Shown piece after piece: positions 11,410-19,115 of a DNA stretch of 64,000 nucleotides. The DNA is taken from assembly GCA_964430885.1 (NCBI GenBank), contig CAYSHM010000013.1, forward strand, positions 18,283-82,282, read 5' to 3'. Within the stretch, counting starts at the first letter, position 1; the number at the start of each line of letters is the position of its first letter. The translations under genes were made by a program, and so were the position numbers. The notes under the pieces were generated by a model. That model was given only the letters and a program-made list of their open reading frames with translations, made no database searches and was not told where the DNA came from. Source of the DNA: an uncultured archaeon (lineage in GTDB: Archaea; Thermoplasmatota; Penumbrarchaeia; JASLWR01).

Positions 11410-13578
11410 TTGGTGATAATTATTAATTCAAACGGAAAATCAAAAGGAGGGTCATCCCGGATCCTGCCTATAGTTGTCTTGATCAGTCTGCTTCTAAGTC
11501 TGAGTCTGGCTCTGGCTTCGGAGGTTTTAACAGATAGGTCCGGTAATATGTGCCAGGGCTGCCATGGCAACAGATACAAGGAGTACTGCAACCTCCTGCC
11601 CCATGACGCCGAGAGCGATCTGCCTGCCAGCGCTGATGTGGACCTGACCATAACCATGAAGATGGCTGTAGAGGTGATAAGCACAGGCCAGTCAGGTCCG
11701 AGCAATTATTTCTTGGTGGATGTCCTACGTGTAACCCTGGGCAGTGTTAACGGGAAGGTGAACATTCCAGTTCCCCAGCAGGAGGCTAATAATTTATACC
11801 CTGGTGACCGGTCAGTATTCTCTTGGGATATCACGCCTACTGAAGCTGGGGATGAACAGCTGACTTTTTCCCTGTATGCTCACAATCCCCATAAATCATC
11901 AACCGCATCGGAGCTTTATTACCACGACCTCACCATTATCGGTCAGATGAGTGAACCGAGCTCTCCGCGTTCTTTGGAGCTCAGTGTGGGAAGGATATTT
12001 GCTCATCTGACCTGGGAAACTCCCCTGGATGACGGAGGTGATGATCTAATTAGATTCAATATCTACAGGGGGAACACACCTGGAAACGCAGTTCAATATG
12101 ACACGGTTTCTCCCTTTACACTAGACTATAATGACACCGCTGTTTCACTGGGTGAGAGCTACTATTACCAGGTCAGCGCGGAGAACTCCCAGGGTGAGTC
12201 ACCGTTATCTTCCGAAGTGTCCGGCGAACTTGTTTTCGCACCTTTAAGTCCACGGAACCTTCAGGGTGTGGGCGGGGACAACTATGTTCTGCTGTCATGG
12301 GACGAACCACTGGACGACGGAGGTGCGCATATTACAAGTTATAACCTTTACAGGGGAACTACCGAGAACGGTCTCTCACTGCTGGATTCCTTTGGTCCCT
12401 CAGAGCATTCTATCAACGACACATCTGTGACCAATAGCAATACCTATTATTATCACATTACCTGCGAGAACTCTCAGGGAGAATCCGATCCTGGTAGCAT
12501 CATATCCATTACCCCCGAGAAGGATGTTTCGGTGCCCACCCCGCCCAGGGACCTTACCATAGAATGCGGAGAGGATTTTTGCCTTCTGAAATGGGATGAA
12601 CCCGCTTATGACGGAGGAGCCCCGCTTATATTTTACAAGCTTTACAGGGGGCCGGCGGATGGTGAACGGGAATTACTGATAAATATCGATGAAGTATATC
12701 TGGAATTTAATGATACCTCTGCTTACAGCGGAGTAGAGTATTCCTATCATGTGACCGTCGTGAATTCCGCAGGGGAATCACCACCGAGCACAATGGTAAC
12801 CGGCAAACCCGATGTTGAAGTGAGTCTGCCTTCCCCTCCTGAGAACCTTACCTATACTGAGAGTGATGGGTATGTTCATATATATTGGGAACCTCCGGCC
12901 AATTTCGGCGGGGGCCGTTTGATCAGTTTCAATCTCTACAGAGGGGAGGAACTGGCGTCTATCAGATTGTATCGGAATATTCATCCTGACCTTAATGATT
13001 TCAATGATACCAACGTGACCAACGGCAAGGTGTTCAGGTACTATGTCACAGCACTGAACGAGAAATTCGAGAGCGGATCTACCAATATAATCTATACCCT
13101 GCCGGAAGAGGAGGATATTTCTGATGATCCCAAGGACGATCCTAAACCGCAGTTTCCTCCCTCTTTCCTCCTGACCATACCTGATGAAGAAACAATCGAG
13201 ACAGGTCTGAACAACATTGTGCATTTTATGGTGAGGGGCAATGTAACGGCCAATATCACATGGTTTGTCGAGGGTGACGTGTATTCCAAGGGTTCGGAGA
13301 TACTGGAATATCCTACCCTTTTACCAGGCACCTATGATATAGAGGTGGAGCTGGAGAGATACGGACTTACCGCTTCACACTCGTGGAAAATCAAGGTCCT
13401 GTACCGGACACCCGGGAATGATGACAGTAGCAATATTGGCAATGGCGGTTCCCAAGGAGATCCCGAGAGCGGTGGAAGTACTGATTACGGTCTCTTTGCC
13501 GACATGCTCTACATTTTGGGCGGTATAGGATTAATCGTCTTAACAGTGATACTTGTGATCTATTACAGGAGGCAGTAA
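11410..13578 (+). CDS. Membrane-anchored extracellular protein: N-terminal CXXCH haem-c motif followed by four fibronectin-III-like repeats
   Basis: Signal peptide then CQGCH at 11551..11565. Four ~95-aa repeats each with W-x-x-P-x-D/YDGG-x-x-I-x-x-Y-x-L/I-YRG and a terminal Y-Y-x-V-x-A-x-N-x-x-G-E-S (FN3-like). C-terminal TM LYILGGIGLIVLTVILVIYY. Stop TAA abuts the next gene ATG at 13579. Confidence 0.7.
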   Translation: MVIIINSNGKSKGGSSRILPIVVLISLLLSLSLALASEVLTDRSGNMCQGCHGNRYKEYCNLLPHDAESDLPASADVDLTITMKMAVEVISTGQSGPSNYFLVDVLRVTLGSVNGKVNIPVPQQEANNLYPGDRSVFSWDITPTEAGDEQLTFSLYAHNPHKSSTASELYYHDLTIIGQMSEPSSPRSLELSVGRIFAHLTWETPLDDGGDDLIRFNIYRGNTPGNAVQYDTVSPFTLDYNDTAVSLGESYYYQVSAENSQGESPLSSEVSGELVFAPLSPRNLQGVGGDNYVLLSWDEPLDDGGAHITSYNLYRGTTENGLSLLDSFGPSEHSINDTSVTNSNTYYYHITCENSQGESDPGSIISITPEKDVSVPTPPRDLTIECGEDFCLLKWDEPAYDGGAPLIFYKLYRGPADGERELLINIDEVYLEFNDTSAYSGVEYSYHVTVVNSAGESPPSTMVTGKPDVEVSLPSPPENLTYTESDGYVHIYWEPPANFGGGRLISFNLYRGEELASIRLYRNIHPDLNDFNDTNVTNGKVFRYYVTALNEKFESGSTNIIYTLPEEEDISDDPKDDPKPQFPPSFLLTIPDEETIETGLNNIVHFMVRGNVTANITWFVEGDVYSKGSEILEYPTLLPGTYDIEVELERYGLTASHSWKIKVLYRTPGNDDSSNIGNGGSQGDPESGGSTDYGLFADMLYILGGIGLIVLTVILVIYYRRQ

Positions 13579-14907
13579 ATGAAGCGCATACTGGTCCTGG
13601 CCTCCCTCCTGCTTCTCCTTGCTTCCACACTAGCTGCCGGCTATTCCGAGACCCGAAGCAACTGTTATTCATGCCACAGCTCATCTTCGGCTTCAGGCGG
13701 CTACAAATATGTTCTCCCTGAACTTCAGCTCGATGTGCCGGGATTTGTAGAGCCGGATACGGATTTCGTATTGAATATGAAACTACTTTTCTCCGATTAC
13801 GAAATAGAAGAAGCTGAGTTCACCCTGAGTGCCGACGAGGACATGCTGGTCTTTACCGAAGATGTTGTGAAACGTTCAGGTCTATCCAATGGTGATGAGG
13901 TTTCTATAGGGGGTAAGACCAAGGGTCAAGGCGTTGTGGAGATAAAGGTGATCGCAAGGGTAGATGTCTATTATGACCATAATGTCGGCAGTTATGATGA
14001 CAGGGGCACGGAGATACTTGAGAAGACCGCTGTTCTGACAGTCGGAAGTACATCGCTCATTCCCTCTCATTGGTCTATACTCCTTAAAAAGGATCCAGTC
14101 CCGGTTCAATTGAAGGCCAAGGAAGATATTACCGATATTGAAATAACGGCACCTTACGGAGTTCATGTACTACCCCAGACAATTGCCAAGCTGGATTCTG
14201 GAAAGACCGCAGTCATTACCCTGGAAGCCGACAGCAGTTCTAGCATTAATGAAAATATTATTATCACCTGGAATGAAGGAGGCAACCAAAGGGCTTTATC
14301 CATCAATGTGGTTCACAGGGCTTCATCTGGTTCAGGAAGCGACGGCCTTCACTTGATGGGCAGAATAACTGGAATAGCCTCAATATTCCTTCTTTTGGCG
14401 TCACTGATATTCGGGGGGCTCTGGAATTCACGAAATGCACTGAAAAAAATGATGTCAGCCAAAACAAGGATAAAGATTCACTGCGGAATCTCATGGTTCC
14501 TCTTTGCCCTTGCATTATATCACGGGATAATCCTTCTTGTCGGCCCCTATAATTCGCAGATCTGGGAGAGGCCGGTGATAATTGGTGATATTGCAGCCTT
14601 TGGTATGCTGATCGCAGCCCTGTCAGGAGGTTTGATGAAATGGATGATCAGGAAGTTTGGTAGAAAGGCGTGGCGGATCATACATCTGTATTCAACCCTA
14701 GGAGCTCTTGTTCTGGGAACCCTTCACGGCATTCAGATGGGGACTGATACGGATTTCATAAGGGAAACACCCCCCCTTCGGATATTTATCATGGCTGTGG
14801 TTATAATTGGAAGTATTATCTCACTTATAATGCTGCACAGAAGTAATAAGACCAAAAAAGCAGTAACCCCAAGGGGTGATCATAGGGTGAAGTTCAGGTC
14901 AAATTGA
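13579..14907 (+). CDS. Membrane protein with N-terminal CXXCH haem-c motif and C-terminal di-haem cytochrome-b-like 5-TM domain
   Basis: Signal peptide, CYSCH at 13663..13677 in a context paralogous to the upstream gene. C-terminal TMs carry two His pairs with 14-residue spacing (KIH..13..YH and IIH..13..LH) on alternate helices, the classic bis-haem-b arrangement. Confidence 0.65.
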   Translation: MKRILVLASLLLLLASTLAAGYSETRSNCYSCHSSSSASGGYKYVLPELQLDVPGFVEPDTDFVLNMKLLFSDYEIEEAEFTLSADEDMLVFTEDVVKRSGLSNGDEVSIGGKTKGQGVVEIKVIARVDVYYDHNVGSYDDRGTEILEKTAVLTVGSTSLIPSHWSILLKKDPVPVQLKAKEDITDIEITAPYGVHVLPQTIAKLDSGKTAVITLEADSSSSINENIIITWNEGGNQRALSINVVHRASSGSGSDGLHLMGRITGIASIFLLLASLIFGGLWNSRNALKKMMSAKTRIKIHCGISWFLFALALYHGIILLVGPYNSQIWERPVIIGDIAAFGMLIAALSGGLMKWMIRKFGRKAWRIIHLYSTLGALVLGTLHGIQMGTDTDFIRETPPLRIFIMAVVIIGSIISLIMLHRSNKTKKAVTPRGDHRVKFRSN

Positions 14908-14985
14908 TCATCAAATATTCTGAATATAATAGATTGATCAGGTCTATTAATAGAATGGATAACACATAAAGGTTGGATTGGTAAA

Positions 14986-15432
14986 ATGGCACATTCACTG
15001 GATTCGGCAATGATTTACATACACCCGCCCTTGGCCATTATCGGCTATGTTCTTATCCTTCTGAGCACAGTTTTCATTGGCCGGGAACTTTTCCTAAAAA
15101 AGCAATTCAAAGCTACAAAGAAGATCCTCTATACATCCTGGATCATTAACCTTCTGGGTGTAGTTACCGGTGCAATATGGGCACAGTGGGCCTGGGGTTC
15201 ATACTGGTCCTGGGATCCCAAGGAGACGGTGTCTCTCATTATGTTCGTGTTTGTGGTAATAGGACTCCTTTTTTACGAAAACCCCATCTTCAATATCAAA
15301 TGCGACGGAAGCTGCCCGGTACAGAACCATCGGAAACATATCTCGTTTGGACTCCATATAGCTGCAATCATAACGATATTTATCAACATATGGATAACCC
15401 TTGGGAATTTCGGTCTGCATTCATACGGCTGA
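14986..15432 (+). CDS. Minimal WWD-domain haem-handling protein (CcsA/CcmC family-like)
   Basis: 148 aa, 4 TMs. Tryptophan-rich loop [16 protein letters not shown] matches the WGxxWxWDPKE signature of CcsA/ResC/CcmC. Flanking His residues (IHPPLA; [11 protein letters not shown]). Confidence 0.65.
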   Translation: MAHSLDSAMIYIHPPLAIIGYVLILLSTVFIGRELFLKKQFKATKKILYTSWIINLLGVVTGAIWAQWAWGSYWSWDPKETVSLIMFVFVVIGLLFYENPIFNIKCDGSCPVQNHRKHISFGLHIAAIITIFINIWITLGNFGLHSYG

Positions 15433-15470
15433 TCTGCCCTAATCTATCAGGACCTTTTCGAGGATGAAAT

Positions 15471-16496
15471 ATGTTTAGACGATTTCGAGATATCTGGCAC
15501 CCGGAGAACTATCACGGAACGAAAAATAAAAAAAAATTCTTTGAAGGCTGGTACTTCAAGCTTGTTTCCGCAGATCTAAAGAAAAAATTCGCATTCATAC
15601 CGGGTATATCCCTGTCCCCTGAAGACCCACACTGCTTCATCCAGGTTCTGGAAGGTGGCAGCAGCCAGACCAATTATGTGCGCTATTCCATTGATGAATT
15701 TCAGATAGGCAAAAAATTCGATTTGACCCTGGGTAAGAGCCGTTTCAACATCGACGGCCTGGAGCTGGATATCCTGGATGAGTTCATAACGATCAAGGGT
15801 GTAATTAACTTCAAGGATCAATATAAATGGCCCGGGACCTTCTTTTCACCCGGGGCCATGGGACCCTACCAGTTTGCGCCTTTCATGCAGTGTAACCATG
15901 GCATACTGAGCATGGACCATGTAATAACGGGTAAATTGGCGGTGAATGGGGAGAGCGTGGATTTAACCGGAGGCCGGGGTTACCTCGAAAAGGACTGGGG
16001 CCGGTCATTTCCACGGGCGTGGATATGGTCCCAATGCAATGATTGGGAGTCGCCGGCCCCCACCCCCGATCCCACACCTACGTCGGTGAGTATATCTGTT
16101 GCTACAGTGCCTTGGATGTGGAGCTATTTCACAGGTTTCATTATCGTTGTGATGGCCGGTGGGAAATTCTACAATTTCTCCACCTATGCAGGAGGGAGGA
16201 TAAAACGACTGAGGGTCAGAGATTCCTTGGTCGAGCTTAAGATCGTAAGTAAAGATATCGTTCTGGAAGCAATTCTAATAAAGAGTCGCGGAGGAGAACT
16301 AGCTAGTCCGGTAAAGGGCATGATGGAGGGACGAATAACCGAGAGCCTTGATTCCAGGTGCAGGATCGCCCTTTACAGGCTGAGCAGGAATGGATCGGGG
16401 GAACGGCAGATTATGTTCAGGGGCAAGGGTGACCCGGCAGCCCTGGAAGTTGTGGGAGATATGGATGAGCTGAGGTCTGGATTAGGGTTGAAATAA
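15471..16496 (+). CDS. Tocopherol-cyclase-like protein
   Basis: N-terminal HPENYHGTKNKKKFFEGWYFKL matches the PHSGYH..FFEGWYFK opening of the tocopherol cyclase (VTE1/SXD1) family. Contains a Pro/Thr linker SPAPTPDPTPT. Confidence 0.5.
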   Translation: MFRRFRDIWHPENYHGTKNKKKFFEGWYFKLVSADLKKKFAFIPGISLSPEDPHCFIQVLEGGSSQTNYVRYSIDEFQIGKKFDLTLGKSRFNIDGLELDILDEFITIKGVINFKDQYKWPGTFFSPGAMGPYQFAPFMQCNHGILSMDHVITGKLAVNGESVDLTGGRGYLEKDWGRSFPRAWIWSQCNDWESPAPTPDPTPTSVSISVATVPWMWSYFTGFIIVVMAGGKFYNFSTYAGGRIKRLRVRDSLVELKIVSKDIVLEAILIKSRGGELASPVKGMMEGRITESLDSRCRIALYRLSRNGSGERQIMFRGKGDPAALEVVGDMDELRSGLGLK

Positions 16497-16596
16497 CATG
16501 AAATTTAGAATATTGAATATTTCCAGGTTCGAGATAACTTTGATAATGTTAATAATCTAACAAAAAGTATTACCTCTGTATAATACATTTCCAATA

Positions 16597-18405
16597 TTGA
16601 AGGTGAAATATATGAAGTACATCTGCGAGGTTTGCGCCTACGAACATGAAACGGAAGACGATAATTGGGCCGAATTGGAGGATGGTTTCTCCTGTCCCGT
16701 TTGCGGCTCGCCGAAAAGCTATTTCAAGGTAGTTGTAGAGAGAAAGACCGAAGAAGATGGTACTGAAACCGTATCACAGGAGACCACCTATTTCGAGTGC
16801 ACTGTATGTGCCCACAAGCACGAGGCCCAGCATGGTTTTCTGGACGATGAAGGTGAATTTACCTGTCCGGTATGCCAGTCACCGAAGAACTACTTCACCC
16901 ATTGCGAACCTGTGCTGACCAGTGTGAAGATCGATAAAGGGGATGAGGATTCTAGCTCTGGAAGCTCACAAGGAGTGATTGTGTATGAATGCGAGATCTG
17001 CGGTTATATCGTGAAAGCTGGACCTGACTGGAAGGGTCTGAAGGACGGTTTTTTATGTCCAATTTGCCAGTCCCCTAAATCCTTTTTCAAAGTGAAAAAT
17101 TCTGAGTTGCCCACAATCGCCTTATCGGCATCATCAACATCACCAACACAGACCACTGCCCAAGAAGATACCGGGAAGGAAGCTACTCAGCCCATACCTG
17201 CACCTCCTACATCAACCACAGAGAAATATTTTCTCGATATTAAGATGATGGCGGATTCCGGCAGATCCATAATCGAGCCCATGAGAACCCGTGAGAATGT
17301 GATAGGCTGGGAGGACATACTTATAAAAGGCAGCCAGCTCTACAAACTGCCCCTCCTGGAAGAGGTTTCTGTCAATACTTCCACTGTAATCGGACCAAAG
17401 GCAAAGAAACCCCTTATAATCGAAGCTCCAATATTCATTACACATATGTCATTTGGAGCGCTATCAAGGGAAGCCAAGATAGCCCTGGCCAAGGGTAGCG
17501 CAGCAGTAAAGACCGCAATGTGCTCAGGGGAAGGGGGGATTCTGGAGAAGTCCTTCGATAGTTCCTACAGATATATATTCGAATACGTTCCCAATCTATA
17601 CGGCGTTACCGAGGAGAACCTGAAAAGGGTGGACGCTGTCGAAATAAAATTCGGTCAATCCACCAAACCCGGTATGGGAGGCCATCTGCCGGGGGAGAAG
17701 GTCACAGAGGAGATATCCGAGGTCAGGGGTTTCGCAAAGGGAAAGGATATCATCAGTTCGGCCCATTTCTCGGATATAACAAATAAAGAGGAACTCAAGG
17801 CTAAGGTTGACTGGCTCAGGGAGACCTCAGGAGGAAGGCCCATCGGCATCAAGATCGCAGCAGGCCACATCGAGAAGGACATGGGAATAGCGGTATATGC
17901 AGGTCCCGATTTCATTACCGTGGACGGAAGGCCAGGCGGGACTGGGGCATCAGCCAAATACGTAAAGGCGGCAGCATCAATGCCCACATTATTTGCCCTT
18001 CACAGAGCAAGAAAGTTCCTGGATGAGAGCGGTCATGATGATATTTCACTAATCATGACAGGGGGTTTCAGGGTGTCCCCGGATTACGCCAAGGCCCTGG
18101 CAATGGGAGCGGATGCAGTTGCCATAGGTCAGGCAGCGGTCATGGCCCTAGGATGTTTTCAGCACAGAATATGCCATACAGGAAAATGCCGGGCGGGCAT
18201 CATGACCCAGGATCTGGAATTGCGCAAAAACCTCGTTGTAGATGTGTCGGCAAAAAGGGTGGAGAATTACCTTAAGGTCTGCATCAAGGAACTAAAGGAT
18301 TTCGCACGATTAACAGGCAATGATGATGTGCACTGTATGTCGATAGAGGACCTTATGACAGTCAATTCGGAGATATCGGACCATACGGATATCGAGCACG
18401 TATAG
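16597..18405 (+). CDS. Triple rubredoxin-domain / glutamate-synthase FMN-domain (GltS domain 2-like) fusion protein
   Basis: Three CxxC...CPxCG rubredoxin modules (CEVCAY..CPVCGSP; CTVCAH..CPVCQSP; CEICGY..CPICQSP). A Ser/Thr/Pro linker, then GltB-type motif GQSTKPGMGGHLPGEKV and a TIM-barrel FMN domain. Confidence 0.8.
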   Translation: MKVKYMKYICEVCAYEHETEDDNWAELEDGFSCPVCGSPKSYFKVVVERKTEEDGTETVSQETTYFECTVCAHKHEAQHGFLDDEGEFTCPVCQSPKNYFTHCEPVLTSVKIDKGDEDSSSGSSQGVIVYECEICGYIVKAGPDWKGLKDGFLCPICQSPKSFFKVKNSELPTIALSASSTSPTQTTAQEDTGKEATQPIPAPPTSTTEKYFLDIKMMADSGRSIIEPMRTRENVIGWEDILIKGSQLYKLPLLEEVSVNTSTVIGPKAKKPLIIEAPIFITHMSFGALSREAKIALAKGSAAVKTAMCSGEGGILEKSFDSSYRYIFEYVPNLYGVTEENLKRVDAVEIKFGQSTKPGMGGHLPGEKVTEEISEVRGFAKGKDIISSAHFSDITNKEELKAKVDWLRETSGGRPIGIKIAAGHIEKDMGIAVYAGPDFITVDGRPGGTGASAKYVKAAASMPTLFALHRARKFLDESGHDDISLIMTGGFRVSPDYAKALAMGADAVAIGQAAVMALGCFQHRICHTGKCRAGIMTQDLELRKNLVVDVSAKRVENYLKVCIKELKDFARLTGNDDVHCMSIEDLMTVNSEISDHTDIEHV

Positions 18406-18470
18406 AAATAAAAATGGATAAACGAATCGATGTTAGAGTACGAAATATAACACAAAAAGGAGAAGATAGA

Positions 18471-18992
18471 ATGAGCAAGACCAAAGAAAACCTGAAAGCG
18501 GCCTTTGCGGGAGAATCCCAGGCCCGGAACAAGTATACCTACTATGCAGAGGTTGCGGAGAGAGAAGGATATCATTACATTGCAAAGGTATTTTTAGAGA
18601 CCGCCGAGAACGAGAAACAGCACGCCATGGACCATTTCAAGATGCTGGGAGAGCTTGGGACCACCGAGGATAACCTCAAGGCGGCCATTAGCGGAGAGCA
18701 TTACGAGACCGTGGAGATGTATCCCCAGTTCGCAAAGGATGCCCAGGAGGAAGGAGATATGCTCTCGGCAGCCCTTTTCAGAATGATCGGCAGGGTGGAG
18801 GAGCAGCACAGGGAAAGATACAAAAAATTGTTGGATATGGTTCAGAACGGCACGGTCTTCAAGAGGGACAAACCTATCAGGTGGAAATGCGCAAAATGCG
18901 GCTACATCCACGAGGGAACAGAGCCTCCCATGAAGTGTCCCGCCTGCAAGAATCCCCGGGAGTACTACGAGCCCGATGCACTTGACCTGTAG
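18471..18992 (+). CDS. rbr: Rubrerythrin (ferritin-like di-iron domain + C-terminal rubredoxin domain)
   Basis: MSKTKENLKAAFAGESQARNKYTYYA N-terminus, E..H di-iron motifs, C-terminal CAKCGY..CPACK. Start moved to ATG 18471 preceded by aaaggagaag RBS; ORF track starts at 18414. Confidence 0.9.
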   Translation: MSKTKENLKAAFAGESQARNKYTYYAEVAEREGYHYIAKVFLETAENEKQHAMDHFKMLGELGTTEDNLKAAISGEHYETVEMYPQFAKDAQEEGDMLSAALFRMIGRVEEQHRERYKKLLDMVQNGTVFKRDKPIRWKCAKCGYIHEGTEPPMKCPACKNPREYYEPDALDL

Positions 18993-19115
18993 GAAACGAA
19001 TTTTCATATTAATTAACATAATGCCCTGCGGCGCCTGTTCAAAGCTCTCTTGGTACTTTGGATAGATTAATAGAGCCAAGTTAAAAATAAAATATCCGCC
19101 TTAGCCCTCAGCAGT

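Noticed and set aside
11443-11452. GGAGGG Shine-Dalgarno-like motif inside the 5' end of the 11410 ORF as evidence for a downstream start
   Set aside because: No ATG/GTG/TTG at suitable spacing downstream in frame, and the signal peptide begins upstream of it. Start kept at 11410.
16069-16110. Pro/Thr-rich segment (SPAPTPDPTPTSVS) as a separate linker-encoded gene or gene-fusion boundary
   Set aside because: In frame within one continuous ORF. Interpreted as an interdomain linker, not a gene boundary.
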